This document shows positions 9,651-18,495 of a stretch of 64,000 nucleotides of DNA, piece by piece. The first letter of the stretch is position 1, and the number at the start of each line of letters is the position of its first letter. The stretch comes from Syntrophales bacterium (lineage in GTDB: Bacteria; Desulfobacterota; Syntrophia; Syntrophales; PHBD01): the NCBI GenBank assembly GCA_963668175.1, contig OY764159.1, positions 2,528,001 through 2,592,000 on the forward strand. Direction: 5' to 3'. Made by a program: the position numbers and the translations under genes. The notes below the pieces were generated by a model. It made no database searches. It was not told the DNA's origin and saw only the letters and a list, made by a program, of their open reading frames with translations.

Positions 9651-10469
9651 TCAGGTTAGAACGGCGTTGACGATGGCGTTGACGGCGGTCTTGACTTTCC
9701 GGCTCCCGACCGCCTCGAAAGGCTGCCGGCCGGCGATGTCGGCCTCGATGAAATCCCGGTGGTAGGGGATGAAGCCGAGGAATTCGAGATCCGGGAGGCT
9801 CGCTTCGAGGTACTCTCTGTCTTCCTTGTTCCTGATCTTGTTGCCGACGACGGCGACTTGGGTCAGGCCGATCTCGCAGGCAAGCCTGTTGATCTCCAGG
9901 GCCGTTTCGACGCTCCGTTTGCCCGGCTCGACGACGACGATGAGGCGGTCGACAGCCCCCGCCGTGCCCCGGCCCAGGTGTTCGATCCCCGCTTCCATGT
10001 CGAGGACGACGGCTTCGTCGCGTTGCAGGACGAGGTGGGCGACGAGGGATTTGAGAAGGACGTTTTCCGGGCAGACGCAGCCGCCGCCGCCCTTCTTGAC
10101 GCCCCCCATGACCATGAGCCTGACGTTTCCGTCGGCGATGGAGAGCTTCTCCGGCAGGTCCTCCACGGTCGGGTTCATCTTGAAGAAACCTCCCATGGAC
10201 CGCATTTTGGCCCCCGTCCTCTCTTCGATGAGCTCCTTCATGTCGGCGATGGGGACGATGCCGCCCCGGCCGTCCATGCCGAGTGCCAGCGCCAGGTTGG
10301 CATCCGGGTCGGCGTCGATGGCCAGGACCTTCATCCCCCGCCGGGCGATTTCCCGGACGATGAAGGCGGCGAGCGTCGTCTTCCCGACGCCGCCTTTCCC
10401 GCTGACGGCGATCCTTACGCCGCTCGCGTTCGTCTCTCTGCGGTGGGTCTGGCCTTCTTCCCGATGCAT
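9651..10469 (-). CDS. cooC: CODH nickel-insertion ATPase
   Basis: GKGGVGKTT, DADPDANL, GCVCPEN (CxC), DMEAGIEHLGRGT. Confidence 0.95.
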   Translation of the reverse strand: MHREEGQTHRRETNASGVRIAVSGKGGVGKTTLAAFIVREIARRGMKVLAIDADPDANLALALGMDGRGGIVPIADMKELIEERTGAKMRSMGGFFKMNPTVEDLPEKLSIADGNVRLMVMGGVKKGGGGCVCPENVLLKSLVAHLVLQRDEAVVLDMEAGIEHLGRGTAGAVDRLIVVVEPGKRSVETALEINRLACEIGLTQVAVVGNKIRNKEDREYLEASLPDLEFLGFIPYHRDFIEADIAGRQPFEAVGSRKVKTAVNAIVNAVLT

Positions 10470-10526
10470 GATGGGAGCCTTTCTCGCGGGACTGCGCCGC
10501 TGGATATGTCCGCCCGTGACTTTCCC

Positions 10527-10556
10527 ATTCTATCATCACGAGCCGTCGTTCGTCAA
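10527..10556 (-). promoter_or_regulatory. Putative sigma-70 promoter of the coo operon
   Basis: Minus strand TTGACG-18 bp-TAGAAT with extended TG. Confidence 0.45.
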
Positions 10557-10745
10557 TGTCAGTAAAACAGGGGCGGACCGATAGGCCGGCGCGGTCCCCG
10601 GTCCGGCGGCAAGGCCCGCCGCTCCTGCATTCATATCACATCGCGCCTTCGGGGGCGATGTCTTTCTGCAAGGCGGTGAGCGGTTCCGCCGTCAACGAAG
10701 GCGTGGGCGTCGCACCGGTAAATCGTTTCAGCCTCGTTAATTTTA

Positions 10746-10774
10746 TTGACTTTTGCATATATTTTCCTTATTGT
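10746..10774 (+). promoter_or_regulatory. Putative sigma-70 promoter of HU
   Basis: TTGACT-17 bp-TATTGT, about 40 nt upstream of the start. Confidence 0.55.
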
Positions 10775-10816
10775 CGTCAGCGGCGGCATGTCTCACTAAC
10801 ACCAAGGAGGTAAGTG

Positions 10817-11086
10817 ATGAACAAAGCGCAGTTGATCGACGAAGTGGCAAAAGCAACCTGTACCAAGAAGGAAGCGGAGCAGGCAATAAGCGCGACATTG
10901 GCAGCCATCAAGAAAGCGCTGAAAAAGGGCGATACCGTGACCCTGGTGGGTTTCGGCACATTCAGCGTCGGCAAGAGAAAGGCCCGCAAGGGCAGAAACC
11001 CCCGGACCGGCGACGTCATCAAAATAGCCGCAAAAAAGGTCCCTGTATTCAAAGCCGGGAAGGGTCTGAAAGACGCCGTAAAATAA
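10817..11086 (+). CDS. hup: HU family DNA-binding protein
   Basis: MNKAQLI...GFGTF...RKGRNPRTG...[23 protein letters not shown]. Confidence 0.95.
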   Translation: MNKAQLIDEVAKATCTKKEAEQAISATLAAIKKALKKGDTVTLVGFGTFSVGKRKARKGRNPRTGDVIKIAAKKVPVFKAGKGLKDAVK

Positions 11087-11219
11087 TAGGTACGTGCCTT
11101 GTCAAGACATGTTTGCCGGGCCGTCCCCTCAAACACGGGACGGCTCTTCTTATTCCGGCGGAACGGGCGGGGGAATTCGGGATAGAGGCGGAAGACGACG
11201 TCCCGCCGAGGGAGGGCCG

Positions 11220-11939
11220 ATGGACGACCTGTCGGAAAAGCAGCGGCAGTTCAACGCCGCCATGGACCGCTACAACGGCGGTCCCGGGTACATCCGTTTC
11301 GGAAAACTCGTCGCCTCCGTCAACATCGCCCTGCAACTGTATCTCCTGTGCCGTGTCCTGCCGCTGGACTTAAGCCTTCCGCTGCAAATGTTCGCCGTCG
11401 CTGCCGCCTGGATACTGGCCGACTTCGTCAACGGCCTGGTCCACATGGTCATGGACAACAGCGACAGCTACGAATCGATTGCAGGCCCCCTCGTCGCCAA
11501 CTTCCATCTCCACCACCGGACACCGCGCTACGAAAGACACAGCCTGCCCGTCGTCTACTTCAACGAGACGGGCTCCAAGGTCTGGCTCATCGGCTATCTC
11601 CTCTTCGTCGCGTATCTCATCGATGCGAGCCTCCACCCCGTCGCCTCGGCGGTGCTCGTCTACACGGGCGTCCTCTCCTCCGTGGCCGAAGTGTCCCACT
11701 ACCTGGCCCATACGTCCCGGTCGAAGCTTGCCATCTTCCTGGGCGACGCGGGCATCCTCCTCGGAAAGCGCCGCCATGCGCGCCACCACCTCGAGAACAA
11801 TGTCAGCTACGCCTTCCTCAACGCCTGGACCGATCCGCCCATCGACTGGCTCGCCGCCCGGATATACAAGGGATACAAGCTGACGACGGACCTCCACTAC
11901 GGGGCGTACGCGGGAGGGGACGCGAAAGAGCGGTTCTGA
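11220..11939 (+). CDS. CarF/TMEM189/FAD4-like lipid desaturase
   Basis: ADFVNGLVHMVMD, FHLHH, SHYLAH, HARHH, YAFLNAWTD His boxes with transmembrane helices; GGAGG SD. Confidence 0.75.
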   Translation: MDDLSEKQRQFNAAMDRYNGGPGYIRFGKLVASVNIALQLYLLCRVLPLDLSLPLQMFAVAAAWILADFVNGLVHMVMDNSDSYESIAGPLVANFHLHHRTPRYERHSLPVVYFNETGSKVWLIGYLLFVAYLIDASLHPVASAVLVYTGVLSSVAEVSHYLAHTSRSKLAIFLGDAGILLGKRRHARHHLENNVSYAFLNAWTDPPIDWLAARIYKGYKLTTDLHYGAYAGGDAKERF

Positions 11940-12057
11940 CCAGGGCTTGAGCTATCGCCGTATCGGGTTAAACGCGGCGGCATGACCGCCGACGCGAAAG
12001 AAACAAGAAGGCGGCGCCGCCCGGCACCGCCTTCTTTTTCCGTGGGTCCGTAAAATG

Positions 12058-12828
12058 CTATTTGCCCGGCGGCTTGCCGTAGGCGAACTTCTCCCGGTTG
12101 ACCTTGGCGATGTCTACGCCAAAGTGGGCAAGCTCGTCGAGGGTCGCCTCCATCATGGGCGGCGGGCCGCAGAGGTAGAACTCCTCGTCCTTTTCGACGC
12201 CGCGCCTGGAGAGGATGTCGGCGCTGAGCCTCCCCGGCTCGCAGGCGATGCGGGGGTACCGGGAGTCGTAGTGGCACTGCACCCCGTCTTCGCGGCTCAG
12301 GCAATGGATGACGGAAAGATTCATCTCCTCCGTCATCGCCCGGATTTCATCGGCGGCGAAGGCATCCTCCATCGTCTTCGTCGCCCAAAAGAGGGTCGTC
12401 ATGTTGGACGCCTTGACGTTCCGGAAATGGCGGAGAACGCTGAGAAACGGCGTGACGCCGACCCCGCCCGCGAGCATGACGATGTTGGGCTTCGTATCGA
12501 TGTCCTTGCAGAAGGCGCCCAGGGGTCCCAGGCACTTGACGGGATCGCCGGGCTTCAGTCCGAGGATGCCGGACGTGAATGCACCTTCTCTTTTGATGGT
12601 GAAGCGCAGCATGGGGTCCTCCGGAGCTCCGGAGAGGGTGAACGGGTGCGTCTCGCTCCAGCCGTCGTGGCGGGCGATGGCGATCGTGGCGAACTGGCCG
12701 GCCCGGCGCGCGGCGAACTTCGGGTCCGCCCCTTCGAGCCAAAGGGTCACGATGGACTCGTTTTCCGCTTCGACCTTGACCACCTTCCAGATATTCTGCG
12801 GGCTCTGCCCGGTACTCTGTTCCGCCAT
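12058..12828 (-). CDS. FAD-binding oxidoreductase (ferredoxin-NADP reductase-like)
   Basis: AGQF, HPFTLS, GAFT, GPLGAF, AGGVGVTPFLS, YLCGPPPMM. Confidence 0.9.
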   Translation of the reverse strand: MAEQSTGQSPQNIWKVVKVEAENESIVTLWLEGADPKFAARRAGQFATIAIARHDGWSETHPFTLSGAPEDPMLRFTIKREGAFTSGILGLKPGDPVKCLGPLGAFCKDIDTKPNIVMLAGGVGVTPFLSVLRHFRNVKASNMTTLFWATKTMEDAFAADEIRAMTEEMNLSVIHCLSREDGVQCHYDSRYPRIACEPGRLSADILSRRGVEKDEEFYLCGPPPMMEATLDELAHFGVDIAKVNREKFAYGKPPGK

Positions 12829-12932
12829 GGTGTGAACCTCCCTGTATTCGATCTCGCGAATGGATTGTTCGTCGATATCGAGGCTGCCTTTTTCCCGGGG
12901 AGCTTGGGGTCTCTCCGGATTGCTAAAAAGAA

Positions 12933-12948
12933 CGCAAATAGCGTGCCA
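12933..12948 (-). promoter_or_regulatory. Sigma-54 promoter
   Basis: Minus strand TGGCACGCTATTTGCG (GG-N10-GC), about 105 nt upstream of the FNR-like gene. Confidence 0.8.
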
Positions 12949-13142
12949 TTCCGCAAACCGTTATCCCGCATGGCGGGGGCTGCCGGAGAAGCAACCGCTT
13001 CTTCATTTTGCGATCCGTCGTCATCGCGGTCTTATGCGGGTGTCCGGACATATGGGCCGGATCAAGGGCAGAGATTCCGGAAAAAGGGACACCGTCCGGG
13101 CGAAGCAGACACTTCCCGCCAAAAGGGGATGGCCGTTTCATA

Positions 13143-14018
13143 TCACGGATTTTCGAAACGGAATGTCTCCAGGCGGGTGTTTTCCAGGTCGATGTGAAGC
13201 ATGGCGTGACGGTAGAGGTTCCCGCGTCCCAGGAGGATCTTGAGGACTTCCATCGCCTGGAAGGCGCCGATGACGGCGGCGGTTGCCGCCGGAACGCCGA
13301 GAAGGGCCTCCGGCCGCCTTGCCGCGTCGCCGGCAGGACCGGCGTTTCCATAGAGGAGTTTCAGTCCGGAGTCGCCCGGGTACACCGTCATGATCCGGCC
13401 CTCGAAGCCGGCCAGGGCGCCGTGGACGAGCGGCGCGGGCAACCGGCGGCAAATATCCTGCAGCACGAGGCGGTCCGGCACGCTGTCCATGCCGTCGACG
13501 ACGACATCGGCGCCGGCCAGCAGTCTACTGCCGGAGGCGGCGGTCAATCGCTCCCGGTGCGGTGTGACGACGACGCCGGGATTCACGTCCGCAACGATCC
13601 GGGCGGCGGTTTCCGCCTTCGACGCCTGCAGAACGGCAGCGCTGCTCAAGGCCTGGCGGTTCAGGTTCGATTCGTCGAAGACGTCGTCGTCGACAACGAC
13701 GAGCCTTCCCACTCCGGCGCGCGCCAGAAGAAGGACGACATGCCCGCCCAGCCCTCCCGCGCCGACGACGGCGACGATTGCTTCGGCAAGCCTGAGCTGT
13801 TCGGCGGGCGTGATGATGTCCCGGTTGCGGAGGTAACGGCAGGGGTAAACGGGGATACGGAGGGCGGCGCGGTAGACGTCGCCCGCCTCCGCGCCGTGCC
13901 GGCGGGCTATTTCCAGGGCGGCCCGGTCCTCGATGGCAAGGACGTCGCGCCCGGCCGGGTCGGCGATCCGGACAGCTTTTGCTTCGATGTCCCGGGTGAT
14001 GTCGGCGTTCATCGGCAT
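13143..14018 (-). CDS. HesA/MoeB/ThiF family adenylyltransferase with N-terminal extension
   Basis: RYLRN, VVGAGGLG, DDDVFDESNLNRQ, KAETA; divergent from a MoaD/ThiS gene. Confidence 0.9.
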   Translation of the reverse strand: MPMNADITRDIEAKAVRIADPAGRDVLAIEDRAALEIARRHGAEAGDVYRAALRIPVYPCRYLRNRDIITPAEQLRLAEAIVAVVGAGGLGGHVVLLLARAGVGRLVVVDDDVFDESNLNRQALSSAAVLQASKAETAARIVADVNPGVVVTPHRERLTAASGSRLLAGADVVVDGMDSVPDRLVLQDICRRLPAPLVHGALAGFEGRIMTVYPGDSGLKLLYGNAGPAGDAARRPEALLGVPAATAAVIGAFQAMEVLKILLGRGNLYRHAMLHIDLENTRLETFRFENP

Positions 14019-14151
14019 CGCAACCTCTTCCACTCTTTTATCATAAAGGGGCTGTCCTCGCCAGGAGAGGAAAACGTGTAAGAAAAAAGTAGGAAAATCG
14101 TTTCCGGATGGGATAAAATACGGGCCAATCTCATGGAAAGGATTTCCGGCC

Positions 14152-14394
14152 GTGTTGATTGAAATAAATCTCTATGCCTCCCTGGCAGCCTTTCTTCCCC
14201 GTGCCGAAAGGGTAACCGCCGGACCTATGCTCGATGTGGACGAAGGGACGACGATCCTCGAACTCCTGCGACGCTTCCAGGTCCCCATGGAGCAGGTGAA
14301 GATGATCTTCCTCAACGGGGTACATGCGACGGGGGAGGAAGTCCTTCACGAAAGGGACAGGGTGGGCGTTTTCCCGGCCGTCGCCGGGGGCTAG
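14152..14394 (+). CDS. MoaD/ThiS family sulfur carrier
   Basis: IEINLYASL..., IFLNG, FPAVAGG with C-terminal GG. Confidence 0.9.
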   Translation: MLIEINLYASLAAFLPRAERVTAGPMLDVDEGTTILELLRRFQVPMEQVKMIFLNGVHATGEEVLHERDRVGVFPAVAGG

Positions 14395-14507
14395 CGGCTT
14401 GCCGGAGAGTTCGCTTTTGAACAGGCCGTGCCCCCTGCATAGGGGGTGCTCAAAAATGCCCGGATGGAACGCTTTACGTTATCGGGCGATTTTCAACAGC
14501 CTGTTAG
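14391..14507 (-). repeat. MITE-like dispersed repeat, copy 1 (reverse orientation)
   Basis: Reverse complement CTAACAGGCTGTTGAAAATCGCCC...CCCCCTATGCAGGGGGCA...GTTCAAAAGCGA resembles the copies at 35053 and 47955. Confidence 0.7.
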
Positions 14508-14508
14508 A

Positions 14509-15132
14509 TCAGACGATCCGGAGTTCCAGCCGGACATATCCCGCCGGAAAATCCCGCACGGGGACGGAGGCCGGGTCGATAGCCTCGCCGTCCGCCTCGG
14601 CCGCCATGCAGCCGTCCCGCCATCCGGCGGGCGGGTTTCGGAGGAAGTCCTTCATCTCCTCGGCGCTCAATTCGATACCCTTCTCCAGAAACAAGGGCCC
14701 CAGCTCCCGGATGGTCAGGTTGAAAAGCTTTACGGTGATCCTGCCTTCCGCCGCCGCAGGCGTGTCCGTCTCCTCCTCATGGGTAATGCCGTTTCGCATC
14801 CCGGCATAAAATCCCCCGCGCCGCAAGGTTGCACCCAGGACGCCGGGCATGGCCGACGAGAGGGCAAGGACCGATCCGTCCCGGACGACGGCCGTATGCA
14901 GGTCGTCTATGGGCTTGCCGTTCAGGAAGATCGTCTGGATCCTCTTTTCGATGTAATCGTCGGGGAGGCCGAACCGGCCGGACAGAAGCTCGCGGACGCT
15001 GCCGCCGGTCCGGACTTGCTGGGCAAAACCCTGCTGCAGAATGGGGAAGAAGAAGGGAACGAAAGCCGCCCTCACGTCCAGGCGGAGGCGGCTGGTTGCG
15101 TCCTTGATCTGTCGAGGCGGTTCTCCGTTCAT
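14509..15132 (-). CDS. Conserved hypothetical protein with ubiquitin/ThiS-like core, downstream of AOR
   Basis: LQQGF...IEKRIQTIFLNGKPIDD...LALSSAMPGVLGATLRRGG...VKLFN; only the C-terminal 207 aa of track ORF 14509..16143 look real. Confidence 0.75.
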   Translation of the reverse strand: MNGEPPRQIKDATSRLRLDVRAAFVPFFFPILQQGFAQQVRTGGSVRELLSGRFGLPDDYIEKRIQTIFLNGKPIDDLHTAVVRDGSVLALSSAMPGVLGATLRRGGFYAGMRNGITHEEETDTPAAAEGRITVKLFNLTIRELGPLFLEKGIELSAEEMKDFLRNPPAGWRDGCMAAEADGEAIDPASVPVRDFPAGYVRLELRIV

Positions 15133-15203
15133 CCGGGCGCCCTGTCGTATCCTCGGCCGGGAGGCCTCATGCGGTCCCCCGGCCGCAAAAGGAAAACTTC
15201 GGC

Positions 15204-16940
15204 TTACCAGTTGTAGACCCTGTCCAGATCGGCATCGGAGACCTGGAAGACGATGTTGTGAGGCGGCAGGGGCTCCTTCTTGAAGAACTCGGGCAGCCGG
15301 TCCTGCTGGGCAGTGAAGCCCGCCCGCTTGTTGAAGTCCCGCTCCATCGTCAGAATCTTCTTGCCCAGGGCGGTCACGTCGTCGCCCGTCAGGTTGAGAC
15401 CGTAAAACGCATTGAGAAGGTCGAGGAGGGCCTGGAAGGTCTCGGGCTGGTCGAGGACGGCGAAAGCGATGAACAGGCACATGCCCGTCGCATCGATGGC
15501 GGCGGTGGCGATCTGGAGATCGCGGGAAAGCTCGATCTGTCCTTCCGGCTTCAGGGGATCGACGAACCCCCCTACCTTGAGGACGTTGGCGGTGACCGCA
15601 TAGCCTGCCGTGTGGTCGGCGCCCATGGTGGTCGTGGCGTAGGTGACGCCCATGCCCTGGATGGCCCGGGGATCGTAAGCCGGAAGGGCCTGTCCCTTCA
15701 CGACGGGGACACGCTCCACGCCGAACACCCTGCCCGTCACAGCCGCCCCGTTTCCGAGAATGCGCCCCAGGGGTGTTCCCTTGCCGACTTCCTTGATGAG
15801 GCCGATGGCGGCCTGGGCGTCGCCGAATTTGGCCAGGCCAGCCTCCATGGCCACGCCGATGGTCGCGCCCATCTCGATGGTATCCAGGCCGTAATCGTCG
15901 TCGAGGCGGTCGAGCATGGCGACCGCATCGAGGTCGTCGATGCCGCAATTGGCGCCGTGGGACCAGACCGTCTCGTATTCCGGCTGCTTGGTCAGGTAAT
16001 GGCCGTCCTTGTCCATATAAATGCCGGAGCACTGAATCGTGCAGCCCCGGTGGCAGCCGTGAACCGGGTTGCCGCCGCGGGCCTTTTCGGTTTCGGCCTG
16101 CGTTTCGCCGCTGATCCTGGACACGCCGGGGAAGCGGCCCCACAGGAAGTTGTTGGTGGGATAGCCGCCCGTCTCGTTGATGACGTTGGCGAGGACATTG
16201 GTGCCGTATGTGGGAAGGGCCTCCCCGGTGACGGGATGCTTCTTGAGGCCGTCGACGAAGGCCTTGTTGGCGGCCCGAAACTTTTCCGGGTCCTTCGGGG
16301 CGCGCATCGTCGTCCCCGTATCGTCCAGAACGATCACCTTCACGCCCTTGGCACCCATAACCGCGCCGACTCCGCCGCGCCCGGCATGGCGCGTGGGCCG
16401 TAATTCCATGTCGGTAAAGGCGACGGACGCTGCGGACATCTTCATCTCCCCGGCGGGCCCGATGGAGATGCAGGCGATCTTCTCCCCGAATTCCCGCTTC
16501 ATCTTGTCGACGAGATCGTAGTTGCCGAGCATCTTCAGGCTGTTGTCCGCCGTAGCCTTCACGCCGTCCTTGTTGATGAATATCTTATAGAGATCTCCGT
16601 TCTTGGGCTTTCCTTCCAGGATGATGCCGGCGTAACCGAGGCGGGCCAGGACCTGGGAAGGCTGCCCTCCGGAGTTGGCCTCCTTGATTCCTCCCGTGAG
16701 AGGGCTCTTGCAGCCCACGGATATGCGGCCAGACATGGCCGCCTGTGTACCGCTCAACATTCCCGGCGCGATGATCAGCTTGTTGTCCTCGCTCAAAGGA
16801 TGGGTCAGCGGCGGCACTTCCCGGGAAACCACGGCGGACGTCAACGCCCGTCCCGCCAATCCTGCGTATTCCCCCAGTGAATCCGCGGTTGCCTTCGGCC
16901 CCCCTTCGGCCCCCATATCGATCCTGAGTAATTTGTCCAT
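15204..16940 (-). CDS. aor: Tungsten-type aldehyde:ferredoxin oxidoreductase
   Basis: KSPLTGGIKEANSGG, SIGPAGE, AGRGGVGAVMGAKGVK, CHRGCTIQC, PEYET, GLDTIE, PAYDPR, GADHT. Confidence 0.95.
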   Translation of the reverse strand: MDKLLRIDMGAEGGPKATADSLGEYAGLAGRALTSAVVSREVPPLTHPLSEDNKLIIAPGMLSGTQAAMSGRISVGCKSPLTGGIKEANSGGQPSQVLARLGYAGIILEGKPKNGDLYKIFINKDGVKATADNSLKMLGNYDLVDKMKREFGEKIACISIGPAGEMKMSAASVAFTDMELRPTRHAGRGGVGAVMGAKGVKVIVLDDTGTTMRAPKDPEKFRAANKAFVDGLKKHPVTGEALPTYGTNVLANVINETGGYPTNNFLWGRFPGVSRISGETQAETEKARGGNPVHGCHRGCTIQCSGIYMDKDGHYLTKQPEYETVWSHGANCGIDDLDAVAMLDRLDDDYGLDTIEMGATIGVAMEAGLAKFGDAQAAIGLIKEVGKGTPLGRILGNGAAVTGRVFGVERVPVVKGQALPAYDPRAIQGMGVTYATTTMGADHTAGYAVTANVLKVGGFVDPLKPEGQIELSRDLQIATAAIDATGMCLFIAFAVLDQPETFQALLDLLNAFYGLNLTGDDVTALGKKILTMERDFNKRAGFTAQQDRLPEFFKKEPLPPHNIVFQVSDADLDRVYNW

Positions 16941-17240
16941 CTTGATCCCTCCTTGCTGAATGGTTTACGCCCTGAAAACCGGGGCCGTCCTTCCGCCGGG
17001 GTAACGTCCCGAAGATATCCGCGCTGCAGGCATGCGTCGACGGGAACGGACGCCTTGTTTCCAAACCCTCGATACGCTCATTCATTTTTTCGAAGGAGAT
17101 GCCGCCGTTTCTCTCCTTTCTTCAGCGGACGATATTCGATGCGCTTGCGATGATACGCTTTACGTCGAACCGCTCAAAGACGTTGGCAATGCGAGCAAGG
17201 ATGAAGTGGAGACGAATGCTGTAAGAGATGATAGGTCACT

Positions 17241-17296
17241 ATATGATTTGTATCATATACAAATTTTTAAAAGATGCAACATGTCAAATTTGACAT
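17241..17296. promoter_or_regulatory. Palindromic operator candidates between divergent aor and the TupA operon
   Basis: ATTTGTAT-CAT-ATACAAAT (17246-17264), ATATGAT-N4-ATCATAT (17241-17258), perfect 16-bp ATGTCAAATTTGACAT (17281-17296). Confidence 0.6.
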
Positions 17297-17497
17297 AATG
17301 CACGCCTGTCCGGGGTTTGCCGCATCCCGACGAGGGGAGGTTTAAGAAAAGAAATCTTTGGTCCGGCAGGGACAGTCGGGCTTTTCGAGGATCTTTCCTT
17401 CCCCCCGCGCGGCGCCGATGTTCATTTGCTCTTGCCAAACGGCCTGTCGGTGCCTTATACTGACTTGGAGAAAGTACTTGGAAAAGGAACGCTTTAC

Positions 17498-18232
17498 ATG
17501 AACATCACGGCCTATATCGGCATCGACGATACGGACAACCTGGAAAGCCCCGTCGGCACAGGCAAAGTGGCACGCCAATTCGAACCGCTCCTGCCCGGGG
17601 GCGTGCGGCTCAGGGGCGTCGTGCGCCAGCAGCTTCTCGTCGACGCACGCATCCCCTATACCTCTCATAACAGCTCCGCCTGCCTGATCGTCGACTGCCC
17701 GGATGTGACATGCTTCCGGACGGTCCGGGAGAGGATCGTCCCCTACCTGGAGCAGTCGGCCGCCGAGGGCAGCGACCCCGGCCTGTGCATCGCCGCTGCG
17801 GGTGACGAAGCGCTGGACGCCCTCATGGCGTTCGGGAAACGCTGCACGAACACCGTCGTGACCCAGGACGAGGCCAGGAGGGCCGCTGCCGGGGTTCATC
17901 TTTCATGTCACGGCGGCACCTGCGACGGCATCATCGGCGCGGCCGCTGCCGTAGGGCTGACCGCTTCGGGCTGGAGTGGGCGGTTCATCGAGTACAACGG
18001 GCTTCGCAACTATCCCGATCCGGTTTCGGTGGCGGACCTTGCCGCGGCGGGCATCGTCGTCGTGTCCGTCGACCGGGACGCCGTCGTACCGATGCCCGCG
18101 GACCTGATAGAAACAGGGGGCTGGCTGCGGCCGAGGCTTATGGGCCACCGGGCTGTCCTGCCGGTTATGCCCGACGGGCCGGGCCGGTGGAAGAGCTTCG
18201 GAGGGAAGAGAAACAAACACAACGCCAAATAA
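17498..18232 (+). CDS. TiaS N-terminal-like (DDTD) domain protein of unknown function
   Basis: YIGIDDTD, GTG, RQQLLVDARIPYTSHNSSAC, SDPGLC, GIIGAAAAVG; lacks the OB/zinc-ribbon domains of full TiaS. Confidence 0.7.
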   Translation: MNITAYIGIDDTDNLESPVGTGKVARQFEPLLPGGVRLRGVVRQQLLVDARIPYTSHNSSACLIVDCPDVTCFRTVRERIVPYLEQSAAEGSDPGLCIAAAGDEALDALMAFGKRCTNTVVTQDEARRAAAGVHLSCHGGTCDGIIGAAAAVGLTASGWSGRFIEYNGLRNYPDPVSVADLAAAGIVVVSVDRDAVVPMPADLIETGGWLRPRLMGHRAVLPVMPDGPGRWKSFGGKRNKHNAK

Positions 18233-18245
18233 AGGAGGACCGACC

Positions 18246-18455
18246 ATGCCGGGACAGATTTTTTACCGCGAAAGAAGGAAGGTGAGCGAGAAGGAGAAGA
18301 AACCCCGCTTTAAACTCGTGGCGTCGGCGGGCGTCGACATCGCCTTTTACGGGGACCACCTGCGGAAGAAGGAACTGGAGCAGATCGCCGAGGCCGTCGG
18401 GGCGCAGCTTGTGCTCCTGAAACACGGCGAGAAGGACGAAGAAGTCGAACTCTAG
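18246..18455 (+). CDS. Small hypothetical protein
   Basis: AAGGAGGA SD, coding-like codon usage, fills the gap in the operon; alternative GTG start about 18282. Confidence 0.7.
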   Translation: MPGQIFYRERRKVSEKEKKPRFKLVASAGVDIAFYGDHLRKKELEQIAEAVGAQLVLLKHGEKDEEVEL

Positions 18456-18495
18456 GCGCTCCGTCCGCGATACGCAGCCATCAGAGGAGGAAGAC

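Noticed and set aside
14509..16143. 544-aa ORF suggesting an AOR-linked fusion or frameshift
   Set aside because: The N-terminal part is an off-frame Arg/Pro-rich read of aor, and aor ends normally at 15204. Only 14509-15132 is protein-like.
16945..17120. Moco/Wco riboswitch upstream of aor
   Set aside because: A GGAAAC loop is present on the minus strand, but the remaining conserved elements could not be matched by eye. Needs an Rfam scan.
17498..18232. Genuine tRNA(Ile2) agmatinylcytidine synthetase tiaS
   Set aside because: Too short and lacks the tRNA-binding OB and zinc-ribbon domains; bacteria use TilS for this function.
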